Part shown: one piece after another, positions 53,858-64,000 of the stretch
Layout of the letters: the number at the start of each line of letters is the position of its first letter
Numbering within the stretch: the stretch's first letter is position 1
Source of the DNA: Bigelowiella natans CCMP2755
Lineage: Eukaryota; Protista; Cercozoa
NCBI GenBank assembly: GCA_000320545.1
Contig: ADNK01000036.1
Location: 1 to 64,000 of the forward strand
Length of the DNA stretch: 64,000 nt
Direction: 5' to 3'
The notes under the pieces: model-generated
Database searches by the model: none
The model's input: the letters and a program-made list of their open reading frames with translations, nothing else
Told to the model about the DNA's origin: nothing
Translations under genes and position numbers: made by a program

Positions 53858-56800
53858 TCATCGCTTTCGGAACTTCACCAACCACCAGGTAATAGATTCC
53901 TCTCTAACCTTATCTCCTTTGTCGCTTACCCAGAACTCACCTTCGTCCTTAGGTTCGTGTCCATACCAGCCCTCTGCATCAAGGTCCCCCAGGACCTTAT
54001 ACCAGTGCTCAAAGGGTAAGTCGGGAACAGCTAGGTAGAGTAGCTGATATTTTCCGTCCTTTATTTTCATAGCTACCCTCTCCATATTTCGTAATCCAGG
54101 GTAGCCTAGATAGACAATCTTCATGCGCCAATCGTCGTTCACCCTGACCTTATTGTTTCCATATTCCACATCGAACTTAGGTCGGGGTCCTAAACAAGGC
54201 ATTGCTCGCTCCCACACAGTAGGGTTTACTTTAACATCCTCTAGGAGCTTCTCACCGATATCATAATTCTTTAGGTGACTGATGTGGCGCAAGGTGACCC
54301 TGTTCCCATCATAGATGTAGTACTGCTTCCTCCCCTTCCTCTCGGTAACCTTTGCAACGCCACCCCAGAAGGGGTCTTGTTTATTTCTCGATCTCAGATT
54401 TACCTTGGCCCTAACATACTGTCCTTCCTTTAGAACTCGGCCATCGTACGGGACCTTCTCGTCTTCGCTCTCGGTATCGTCGTCGTTGTCGTCGCCTTCT
54501 TCCCTCTCCTTATCCTTGATACCTCCCCCAGACGTGAAGGTGTCGTTTACTAACCCTTGTATCTTGTCTGGTGTGGTGCTATTTATCCTGCTTAGGTTGG
54601 CCAAGGTGCGGTGGAGTCGCTCTACCTTGGAGTTGGACTGGGCATAGTATACAGGTGAGGCATCAATATTAGGGTGTGGTAGCTGTAGAAGAGAGGTCTC
54701 ATTATCCACATGTAACTTCTTTGGTATCTTGTTTATGCTAACTTCATCAGGGATAGCCTGGAGCTCAGACTCCCAGGTACGGTAGCAGTTAGTAAGCCTC
54801 TGCTTATATAAGCCTTTGTTCTTCTTAGCAACGTTGACCTTGATAATCTTTTTAACCCAGCACTTTCCAGTGGCCACATCAACGAAGGTAAGGTAGTGAT
54901 AGCCATCGTACTTATAAACATCAATTTGCACGATATCTAAGAAGTTCCTTGCTTTGATTTTCTTAGATGCACGGCTCTTGCTGGACTCCTTGGTGGCGAC
55001 GCCTGCCGCCTTCAAGCTGGAGCACCTGCAGCCACGCAGGTATGTCCTTATCTCTTTTAGCTTGTAGGGCCAGTAGTAATGGTAGAGTAGAGCAGTGATA
55101 TGGTTTTCTCCTACGTGTGCAGGTCCATGGGCGGTAAAGAGAAGGGCTCCCCTGGTCCGCCGTGGCACGTAGGTACGCCTAACATTATTAGTGTATACAT
55201 ATATCCTATCACTAAGTACCTCATGCTTGTGTTTGTATTTATCCAGGTGTTCTTGAAGGTGCTGGAGCTCCTCTGGCTCAGGCAGGAAGTCGCCGTCCTC
55301 GAAGGTAATCGCGTTAACCATAGGGGTGACCTGGGTAGGGACTTTCTTTTCGAACAGCCTGCTGAAATAGTCAGCAAGCTGCTTGTCTCCTGGTGCGTAG
55401 ACCACTGTCCTCTTGTCCCTAAACTCTTCCGTGTCCGCCCTCATAGCTGCATACTCATCGTTAGGCGCTTCGAGCTTGCGGTCGATGCCTAGGAGGGGCT
55501 TGTGGTCAGTCATTAAGGTGAAGCTGGGCACCGACAGCAGGTAGTATCTTAGTTTCCTCTGCGCCTCAGTCATGGCTTTATACTCTCCTTTTGTAGGGCT
55601 GTACTTGGCCTCAGCTGCTGTGCAGGCCCTGCCCCACACCCGTATGATCTGCTGGTCTTGGGTAAGTACAGCAGCCATACCTAGCTTAGACCAGTCTGTC
55701 CATAGGGTAGCTGGTCTAGTAGTGTCTAGCTTAGCATTCAATAGGGTGTTGCTGCATAACTTTATTAGGTTATCGAAGTGGGCATCAAGGCCAGCCTTGG
55801 CCCACACCTTAGCGAAGCTGAGGCCTACAGAGTTCTCCTTCCGGTAAGCAGTAGTAAAAGCAGCTGCAGTCCTAGCGTAGGTAGGGGAGAACCTACGTAG
55901 TATCCAAGCTGCAGTCTGCAAGAATGACTTTAACTCCTTTGCATTCTTAGGTTTAGGGGCTTGCTGTAGTGCTGCTACTTTCTCGGGGTTTGGGGTGATG
56001 CGGCCTTGCTCCAGGTAATATCCACACCACTTGATTCTTGTAGCTAGGAATGTACACTTCTGCAGTCTAATAGTAAAACCGAAGTGTGCAAACCTAATAA
56101 ATATATTTTCCAGGAGGAAGATCTGAGCGACGACTGTGTTGGTACATATTATGTCATCATCCACATACACAAACACAAACACCCACAACACAGACGCCAT
56201 CCCATCATGTGTGTATGCCCTGTAGTTCTGACTACTGAACGCATCCCCTGATATGCTTAGGCCGTAAGGGAATACGACGAAGTGCCACTTCCTGTGCCTG
56301 CTGGAGAACGCGGTAATGGGGCGGGAGGTTTTGTGGATGGGTGTCTGCATGTATGATTCATTTTTATCTAGGGAAGAGTAGTATTTGTATCCTATGACGT
56401 GTTCAATAACGTCATCTATCCTTGGTGTAGGTGTCTGGATCCTCTTTATTACTCGGTTGTGGCGGATGAAGTTGTGCGCCAGGCGGAAGAAAGGGTAAGT
56501 AGGTTTCTTAGCTAGCACATGTCTCACGTTCCATGGTGAGTTGCTTGGCTCTATCTTCCCTTCCTTTGCCCATTCATTGATCTGCCACTCTATCTTTTCC
56601 CAGTCCGCTTCCGGTCGCCTATGTTCTGGGTCATTGATGATGCACTCTTCGTATCCCTTCTTTAGCTCGATCTTTACTGGGGTAAGCTTGCTGGAGGGCT
56701 TCGTCGTCGGCTTGGTGATGTCAGAGTACTTCTCGTTTAATATTTTATTAATGTACTTTTTGCCTTTGTCGATATCCCAATCATCAGCTGGGGGGGTCTT

Positions 56801-58831
56801 GTCCAGTAGCTCCGTTATCTGTCGGATGGTCTTGCCGGGGTTCTTCTTCCGTAGCTCGGTAGGTGTAGGTAGCTTGTTGTCCGCTAGGTCCATAAACTCT
56901 AACGCATTAACGCTTGACTCAGAGGTCCACTCGTCAAGCCGTATCATGTTCTGGCTGATGGTCCTGCCTGACTTCTTTGGCAACTTAGCAAAGTATATCT
57001 TGTGATTGTAGAATGATATGATCCCCCCTAATTTTTCTAGGGCATCCTGTCCGAGGAGTAGTTCCATGGATAAAGTCATGGCTACTCGGGTCTTGATTTG
57101 GGTCTCCGCGTCGCTGCCAGGTATCTGTAGCTTTAGCATTAGCTCACCGACGGTCTTCATGGAAGAGCTTCCGTCTGCTTGAGCATATTTACGTTCTTTC
57201 TTAGTCACTTGATCCAATAGTCCTAACCTTCTTACTGTGCTTAGGCTTATGAAGGACTTCGGCATGCTGCCACTATCCCAAAGGGCAGGTAGTTTCTTGT
57301 AGTCTCCGTAGCTGTCTTTAACTTTAACCTTGGTCATAGCAACTTTGATAGTCCTGTTAGCGTCTTCGTCATTAATGTTGCATACTCCTAAGTTCTTTAT
57401 GTCGTCTAGGGTCATGGGCTTGTCTTGGTCCTGCGTTGCTGGTACTGCTGTCTTCGTCGGCGCCTGCTTAAGGTGATCTAATATTCCGTTTATCTGCTGC
57501 TGTATAGCATTGATACTGTTCTGCTTTTTGTTCTTATATTTATTGTTCTTCCCGTTGTTGCTGCCTTGCCATTTGCTGTTGTTATATCCTTGTCCTCTGC
57601 CTTTCTTTCTCTTTAACTTCTCGTAGTGTTCGTTGAGCTGCCTGATCGTCATCCTGGGTCGTCCTTCTTTCCTGTCTCTGCAGTCTTTAGCGGTGTGTTT
57701 CCCTTTACGTGAGCAGTATCCGCAACGTCGGTTACCTTCCCTGTCCTTGTACCAGTCTCGCTGCGGCTTAATAGCGTTAATGTTTCCTATGCCAGGTACC
57801 TTAGGGCTGGTAAACTTGCGGTCCTGCTCCTGCTCGCGTAGGGATATAGCCTGCACTGCTGCCTCCATCGTGGTGTAGCCTTTCTCCGTAACGTAAGTGG
57901 ATTCCTTTATCTTTAACTTGAACTCTTCAAACCTTGCCTGATCATCACCTGTGTTGTAATTAAAATCATGTAGTTCGTCGATCATATCCTGGAAGCGCGT
58001 GGCAAAGTCTCTAACAGGTTCTCTCTCATGCTGCATCATTGCTCTGTATTTTCTAATAGCCTGGGGTAGGGAGTTAGCGTCCTGTTCATTTACAAAAGCC
58101 TTCATTATCGCCTCAACGTCTCGTAGCCCACTAACTGTAGTGTGTATTTTCTCTAGCTGCCTGATCCGGGTCCTGCCTGTCTCGTAAAGGTCCATGGCTT
58201 GCTTTATTATAGCTAGCCATTTGAGCTTGTCGTTTTCGGTGGGGTTAGGGGTAAAGTCGCAGAGTATACTCCTAGCGTTCTTCCACCACCTCCTTGCCTC
58301 ACCTCTTTTCCCGTTGTATTTCGTTATCATAACCGGTGCTGTTTTAACAGACATGAACTGGGTGTTCCGCTGTACCGGCTGCTGCTGCTTGACGGTGCTC
58401 TGGGTCGTCCCCCGCGAGGCGCCCAGACCCCCGTCGTTCCTAAACAAAGCTGCCCACTCTGGAGGTAAGTCTGCTTCGTAATCCATGATGTCCTGCATGA
58501 TAGCTGCCCAAACATCATGTGTCTGATACTTGTATTCTATCGATACTTTCAGTTTGGCGTAGTTGCTCGCCCTGGGTCGCAAGGCTCGTAATGCCATTAC
58601 GACCTTCTTGCTTTCGGCGGCCACGTCCTCGTCGTCCGCCTCGTAGAAGTTCTCCAGTGCCTCTGCTGCTGCATCTGCTTTCTTAATCCCGGGTGCTGGT
58701 CCCGGCGGTGCCTGTGGAGGTGTTCCTCCTCCTTCCTTAGCGTCCGTATCGCCCTTCCTTTCCTGTTTCTGCTCGTGCCCTTGCACGGCCTGCGAGCCAA
58801 AGTCCTGCTGTTCTTCTAGCTGCTGTGACAT
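53858..58831 (-). CDS. Gag-Pol polyprotein (1657 aa): Gag with Zn knuckle, aspartic protease, RT, RNase H, integrase, GPY/F-SH3-like module, C-terminal methyltransferase-like domain
   Basis: CGYCSRKGKHTAKDC; WDSGS; FPYGL and YVDD; TDWS..E..TDHKPL; HGPAH..CRC; QID..VDNE..VERLHRTL; single uninterrupted frame. Confidence 0.96.
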   Translation of the reverse strand: MSQQLEEQQDFGSQAVQGHEQKQERKGDTDAKEGGGTPPQAPPGPAPGIKKADAAAEALENFYEADDEDVAAESKKVVMALRALRPRASNYAKLKVSIEYKYQTHDVWAAIMQDIMDYEADLPPEWAALFRNDGGLGASRGTTQSTVKQQQPVQRNTQFMSVKTAPVMITKYNGKRGEARRWWKNARSILCDFTPNPTENDKLKWLAIIKQAMDLYETGRTRIRQLEKIHTTVSGLRDVEAIMKAFVNEQDANSLPQAIRKYRAMMQHEREPVRDFATRFQDMIDELHDFNYNTGDDQARFEEFKLKIKESTYVTEKGYTTMEAAVQAISLREQEQDRKFTSPKVPGIGNINAIKPQRDWYKDREGNRRCGYCSRKGKHTAKDCRDRKEGRPRMTIRQLNEHYEKLKRKKGRGQGYNNSKWQGSNNGKNNKYKNKKQNSINAIQQQINGILDHLKQAPTKTAVPATQDQDKPMTLDDIKNLGVCNINDEDANRTIKVAMTKVKVKDSYGDYKKLPALWDSGSMPKSFISLSTVRRLGLLDQVTKKERKYAQADGSSSMKTVGELMLKLQIPGSDAETQIKTRVAMTLSMELLLGQDALEKLGGIISFYNHKIYFAKLPKKSGRTISQNMIRLDEWTSESSVNALEFMDLADNKLPTPTELRKKNPGKTIRQITELLDKTPPADDWDIDKGKKYINKILNEKYSDITKPTTKPSSKLTPVKIELKKGYEECIINDPEHRRPEADWEKIEWQINEWAKEGKIEPSNSPWNVRHVLAKKPTYPFFRLAHNFIRHNRVIKRIQTPTPRIDDVIEHVIGYKYYSSLDKNESYMQTPIHKTSRPITAFSSRHRKWHFVVFPYGLSISGDAFSSQNYRAYTHDGMASVLWVFVFVYVDDDIICTNTVVAQIFLLENIFIRFAHFGFTIRLQKCTFLATRIKWCGYYLEQGRITPNPEKVAALQQAPKPKNAKELKSFLQTAAWILRRFSPTYARTAAAFTTAYRKENSVGLSFAKVWAKAGLDAHFDNLIKLCSNTLLNAKLDTTRPATLWTDWSKLGMAAVLTQDQQIIRVWGRACTAAEAKYSPTKGEYKAMTEAQRKLRYYLLSVPSFTLMTDHKPLLGIDRKLEAPNDEYAAMRADTEEFRDKRTVVYAPGDKQLADYFSRLFEKKVPTQVTPMVNAITFEDGDFLPEPEELQHLQEHLDKYKHKHEVLSDRIYVYTNNVRRTYVPRRTRGALLFTAHGPAHVGENHITALLYHYYWPYKLKEIRTYLRGCRCSSLKAAGVATKESSKSRASKKIKARNFLDIVQIDVYKYDGYHYLTFVDVATGKCWVKKIIKVNVAKKNKGLYKQRLTNCYRTWESELQAIPDEVSINKIPKKLHVDNETSLLQLPHPNIDASPVYYAQSNSKVERLHRTLANLSRINSTTPDKIQGLVNDTFTSGGGIKDKEREEGDDNDDDTESEDEKVPYDGRVLKEGQYVRAKVNLRSRNKQDPFWGGVAKVTERKGRKQYYIYDGNRVTLRHISHLKNYDIGEKLLEDVKVNPTVWERAMPCLGPRPKFDVEYGNNKVRVNDDWRMKIVYLGYPGLRNMERVAMKIKDGKYQLLYLAVPDLPFEHWYKVLGDLDAEGWYGHEPKDEGEFWVSDKGDKVREESITWWLVKFRKR

Positions 58832-58847
58832 TGTTAGTCAAATCGTT

Positions 58848-58865
58848 TCCCGTGTGTGGAAGCCA
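58848..58865 (-). other. Primer binding site
   Basis: TGGCTTCCACACACGGGA begins 5 nt inside the 5' LTR boundary and is complementary to a tRNA-like 3' end ...UGUGGAAGCCA. Confidence 0.7.
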
Positions 58866-58870
58866 AAGGT

Positions 58871-59196
58871 TGTTGCGCGTAAGGTGTTCACAGGCCGAGG
58901 CGCTACGTGCACAAGTAGGCAGGGGGGGGGAAAGGCACGTTTGCTTCCTTTTGAAGAGTTGTGTTTATTTTTATTAAAGATTATATTTTTATTAAATCGT
59001 GCACTGCGTAATCATTCGCGAAGCTTTCGCGAATGCCGCCGCACGTGGGGCAGCACACTTCCGGTGTGCTGCCATGAGTCCCGCCGGAACCCACGTGCCT
59101 ATGCTGTATTAATATCTACGTTATCTATATTCTATATCCGCGACAACCCCTTTGTTGTCGCACGTGACTTGTGCCCGCGTAGTGGTACGCGCTACA
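58871..59196 (-). repeat. 5' LTR
   Basis: 326 bp, identical to 53481-53806. Confidence 0.97.
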
Positions 59197-60585
59197 ACTC
59201 ACGCTTCACTTGCATCATGATCCTTTCGATTCAACCTTTGAAAACACTTCATTCACTCATTCATTCATTCATTCATCCATGCTAGCATGCATCATTCCAG
59301 CATTGGACACGTCGCTGTGGACCCATGCTGGCATGGTTAGATGGACCTGCTAGCCTGCTGGCCTGCTAGCTAGCTAGCCTGTGAGACACGATCGAAGGTG
59401 AACCCAGTTCACGCGCGTTCGTGAGTGCCAACACGTTTTTCCCAAACCAGCAAAATCACACAGTGGGCAAGTGGCCCTGAACAAACGTGCAAAGCTGGCA
59501 AGGTTCAGGTCCTGCTAGCCTGGACTTGCAGACGTCCTCGTCCGTCGGAGGAAAGCTAGAAATCCAGAAAGCCCACCTCGCGTGGAGCAAAAGGGCAACA
59601 CTGGTGCGACTTTCAACAGCGATTTGAACTGGCTAGCTGGCCCAGGTGTAGGTCAGTCTAGCATGTGAGCAGTGGGAGCTTTTGATTGCCCTGGCTAGCT
59701 CTTGAGCTGACACAACTGGACGTTCCACAGTTCGATTCGCAGTGCTTGCATGCGACACGCACATCTGGACGTGTCAGTCTAGCACAACAGTGCGTCCTCG
59801 CAATTCGTCACAATCAGTGATGAGCACATGAGGAGGGCTAGCTCCAGAGCTAGCCAGAGTAGCAGAGGGGAGAAGTGTGACAGACATGCAATGCAATGTG
59901 TGTGTGCTGTAATTGCACATGGACATTGCTGTGTCTGTCACAAATTGATAGACATTACACAGACATGTTGCAACACAATCTAGCAATGTGAAGCCCATCT
60001 AGCCATGCACGATGTCACTGTGTCCATTGTGTGTTCGGCACGAATGAGTGCATCACATCAGTGCAGACGCTTCTAGGCTTCTGGTGCTCGGTCAAATTCG
60101 CCACTTCACACACGCATTGACATCACACCAGAACGACCACATCACACACGTTCATGCAGACATCGCTCAGCGCTGCACCTCATGGCGTGCAGTGATGGCT
60201 AGCTAGCTAGATGGTCTAAAGTGAAGGGAGTTTGTGCGTCTCGAAACAAATGACGAGCAAACACCGATCTGCACAAACGAAAACGCCTCGCATCGAATCT
60301 AGAAGCGTATGAGCTGGGGCTGTGCCCACGCGACTCATTTCGATGTGTTGAGTGTAACTGACAGAGCCAAATGCTTCATGCACATCAAGTGCACGAGCAA
60401 GGACCACAACGATGCGTCTAAATGTCTACGCGACTCAAAGCCTAGACGTGCACGTTGGGCAATCAGTGTGATGCAGCAAGCACAAAATTCTAGAAATGTG
60501 AAATTTTTGGAACTGTACATCATGCAACTTTCTGCATTTCAAATCTCAAATTTGGTGACTGGCACAGCAGTGTATATCATGCGAA

Positions 60586-61959
60586 TTATAGGATGTTTAT
60601 AGTTAGCCCTCCTCCGCCTCCTTTTTCGTCGTCTAGTGAGTCCTTTTTGTTAGATGCGTGAGGGAGATGAATCCCACACTCAGTTTTCGTTGAACCATCA
60701 TCGTTTGTCAGTCCATTAAATCGTCCTAGCCGCTCTCCAGCATACTCAAACCATTTCGATCTGGGCACTGGGACAGTGTCTTTTGCGTCGCCTATTGATG
60801 GGTAGCCTTTGTCGTGCAGAGGATGGTATGCAATTTTTTCGGATTCCAGATAGTTCCAGACATCCTCAAAAGTCCAATACGCTAAAGGGTTGATCTTATC
60901 TCTACCATCTCCAGGTTCGTATATGTCAAGAAATGCGCGATCGAAGCCATGGTCCCTGCGTCGACCAGTTATAACCCCATCTGCCGCAAGAGATTGCAAA
61001 CCTCTCTGATACGGCTCAACTTTGCAGATACCGTCGTAGAGTTTCAAGTCATCCTTCCAGAAATCCACACCATATTTCTCTTCGATCTCTGATTTGCTTT
61101 CAAACCTGTGATAGTATTGCCAATCAAAAGACAGTGTGAGTTTCGAAGTCAAATCGTAGATATGCACGCATACCCTTCTGCATGGAACCAATTGGCTTTG
61201 AAATTGTATCGCTTCTCAACAGCTTTCATGAAGTCGATCGTCTCATTGAACAAGTAGAAAGTGTCCACAAACATAATCTGAACCCTGTTAGTGGAGAGAT
61301 ATCCCAACCGATTTAATAGTTCTAGAAGGACGACATCGCCAGCGATCAATGCACATGGGAAAACGGGATGCTCATAATTCTCGACTGTGAACTTAATCGC
61401 TTGCATTGCCTGCGACTCAAGGTGAGCTTGCCGCTCAGCCATGGAGGTTAATGTCATTTCTTGGAGGCTCGAAGTTGCTTGCTGGGGTAAACAGATTTAA
61501 TCAAGTGGAATACGGGGGGCGGGGGAATGACACAAGAATCCTCGGGCAATTTAGGAAAATCGTTTGATAAAAGCTTTTGAATGTACATTTAGTGTTGTAT
61601 ATAAACCATAGCAGGACCTTTTCTCCATGTGCTTGCAGAATCTGCCTCTGCCTCTTCAGATTACAAATAGAATTAAATTTTCCACATCGACCCGAAGCGT
61701 CGTATCTAAAACTGACAGTTGGTCTCCTCCACGCAAAGCTTGTCACTCCTAGTGGCCTCGGTCTCGCAACACCACTTTCTCCAAGGGAGACAGAATTTTG
61801 GAAATCGAGTTGAGATGTGGCAAAGATGATGCTCAAACAACAAATCACAAATCCAACAGCAACCATCGCCAACAACACCATTCCTCGCCGTAGAGCCTCG
61901 AGCGAACCATTTCCATATACATGGTAACAGCTAACTGGATAGCGGGACTGTCCCATCAT
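60586..61959 (-). CDS. APR: Adenosine 5'-phosphosulfate reductase, APR-B type (PAPS reductase family), probably plastid-targeted; exons 61959-61618, 61481-61174, 61105-60586
   Basis: FPCALIAGDVV, FVDTFYLF.ET, YDGICKVEP, ITGRRRD, KINPLAYWT, YHPLHDKGYPSIGD, ERLGRF, KTECGIH. Hydrophobic segment followed by an S/R-rich transit-like leader. Both GT-AG introns keep the frame. Confidence 0.92.
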
Positions 61960-63381
61960 TTCGAGGGCCAAGGAAAAGGCGAGATTTAATGAGGGCGTAC
62001 AGGAAGGCCGTATAGGAAGGCCGTCCGTTGGATTCCGTATCTGTGTGATTCGAAAAGTGTTGGGAAGATTGTTCCGAAGTCGCTTCGTTCTGGAACAACA
62101 TCGGGGTTTTCATTGAAAAATCGTGGAATTAACTGTCGCACTTGTGGAAAGAAGGGCCTTTTACAATGACTTGCTTCCCCCCTCTAGCCCTGAACGTCAA
62201 TGTCATTCATTCAGCGACCATTTTGGCTGACCAATCCGTTCATGGAATCAGTTGCCATTCATTGTGCGCTTGCTTGATGCGCATCCAACTTGCAAGGCAG
62301 TGTTTGTGCACATCTTGTTGGAAGTCGAAATGAACGCAAATCTTGAAGCTAGCTTGGCTAGCTTGTTAGCCTTCTAGCCTTGCTTGTTGGAACATCGAAG
62401 TGAACGCGAACCATGCAATTGATGGTCATTCCTCTCATTGATCAACTCAAACGCTCTCGGCTTCACCTCAGCACAGCACTCTGCTGGAGAAATGAACGAT
62501 GATGTCGTCAAGTGAGTGCAGTCCAGCTAGCTGGCCAGCAGTGAAGGGCTAGCTAGCTAGCTAGCTAGAAGGGGGATCAAAATGACCAGCTAGCTCCAAA
62601 GCTAAGTGAGCAGAATGATGGACAACAGCAATGTGACATGCACATCACACATGGCAACACATTGCATGTCCATCATGAGCATGCACACTGAACATGCTAG
62701 ACATGCCTGTGATGGACACAGCAATGCCAGAATGTGATGCACAGCGTCACGTGGCACAACGCCATGTCACAGCTAGACAGCTAGAACGTGTTGCGTGTCC
62801 ATCACTAGATCACTAGATCATCAGAACTAGAGAAACACGATGAGGATTTGCAGTTTTCTGGTTTTGCTTACACGACTGCGATGCGACGCGATGCCAGGAT
62901 GCCCAACATGCTGGCATGGCCTTTCTGCAACCAAAGTGGCTAGCCGGTCTGGCAGTGGCACCGACTCTTGAACACACGAACAGGCGAGCCCCTCTAGCTA
63001 GCCCTCCATTTCCAGACTTGTGACTTTTTCATTCACACGAAAAAAAGTTTGGTATCCATGCCAGGGAAACACTAGCGCGTGCCTTGTAGCCTGGCGTGCC
63101 TTCGCAGGCGTTTGGTGCTCTTGTCGCCATGACTGGACGTGCGCAATGAGATTGTGATGCATGCGAGCCGCTGCATCATAGCATGATCCATCTGCAAGTA
63201 GGTGTGAGCTGGAGACAATTGCAATTGCAATCTTGTGCGGTGGATGCCATGAGGCTCTAGAGCTGGCTAGCTGGCGCTTGTGGTCTCCAAAGTTTCTGAT
63301 CAAATTGAACAGTGTGCAATTATTGGTGCCACAGGCTGCGTTCATTTGTTGTGCTTCCATCCCGGTGTACGGCTGATAATT

Positions 63382-63780
63382 TTAGGTACGTCTCTTTTTG
63401 CCCATGTTATTTTCTACTACACTCAAAGTGCTTCCGTTCTCCTCCTCTCCACGGGTTACACCAGCTTTGTCACATTCTATGCTCTCTTGATGCGAGCGTT
63501 TGAGACGGGCTTCCGCAAGTTTCTTCATCCCTTCCTCCAAGGACCGCAAATGTTTTTTGCGATTCCTCGAGATGCCATCGACATCATCTTTCCTGCGAAC
63601 AAACTGACAAGACAACGTGGGGGGAGAGGAGGAGGAGGGGAGACTCAAGGAGCGTACTATAGATACCACACACAGTCCGCATGTATACACAGCTTTATTT
63701 CGCTAGTACCTTCACTCCCAGTTTGTAATGCTTTGCATCAGCTATACTCTCCTCTGATAGACACGCATCAAGTGCTTCTG
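63382..63780 (-). CDS. 3' exons of an unidentified gene that probably begins beyond the right edge
   Basis: AG-bounded exons EALDACLSEESIADAKHYKLGV and KDDVDGISRNRKKHLRSLEEGMKKLAE...KKRRT-stop; no recognisable family. Confidence 0.45.
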
Positions 63781-64000
63781 CAAAGGAAGGAATGGACAAC
63801 ATAATTATATTAAAATGCTACATAGTATGCGAACAAAAGTGAGGGAGGCACTTCCGGGGAGATGGAAGAGTAGGGACCAATGACACCCAACCACTGCGCT
63901 CGAATAATGCTAATTCTCGCGACCATGGTTTTTTCGTGATACACGAGGGAGTGTATGATGATATGTTATTACTATCGAAGCCCTCGTGTATGATGATATG

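Larger units (their letters stand above)
53481..59196 (-). mobile_element. Full-length Ty3/Gypsy LTR retrotransposon, 5716 bp, with ACTC target-site duplication
   Basis: Identical 326-bp TG...CA LTRs; ACTC at 53477-53480 and 59197-59200; PBS and PPT present; intact ORF in PR-RT-RH-INT order. Confidence 0.97.

Noticed and set aside
53481-59196. Classification as DIRS (because of the MT-like domain) or as Copia
   Set aside because: Direct LTRs, a TSD, a protease and a DDE integrase after RNase H, with no tyrosine recombinase, give Gypsy architecture.
59197-60340. CpG deamination or RIP as the cause of TG/CA richness
   Set aside because: CpG remains common and TpA is depleted rather than enriched.
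1-64000. tRNA, rRNA or snRNA genes
   Set aside because: None recognised by eye; tRNAscan-SE and Infernal would be needed to exclude small intronic RNAs.

Overview
Eukaryotic nuclear DNA. Genes are compact and intron-rich, and most introns in the first ~48 kb carry microsatellites, which generate most of the short ORFs in the track. Bipartite-looking leaders and an APR-B-type APS reductase suggest an alga with a secondary plastid, plausibly a chlorarachniophyte (inference). Gene order: EFL1/RIA1 (-, runs off the left edge), TMEM218-like (+), two-domain glyoxalase I (-), XRN1 (+), carnosine N-methyltransferase-like (+), HTTM-domain membrane protein (-), CENP-E/kinesin-7-like (+), large signal-peptide protein with tandem PqiA domains (-), an intact Ty3/Gypsy LTR retrotransposon (-, identical 326-bp LTRs, 4-bp TSD), APS reductase (-), and the 3' end of an unknown gene (-). 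Top candidates for novelty: (1) the Gypsy polyprotein ends, where a chromodomain would normally sit, in a degenerate DIRS/phage-type N6-adenine methyltransferase-like domain, and has a compact DD27E integrase; (2) intergenic tracts, including the one this element inserted into, have lost almost all TpA except in CTAG while keeping CpG, suggesting a TpA-directed modification or mutation process. Exon boundaries and counts were made by hand and are approximate; family calls come from motif recognition, not database searches.
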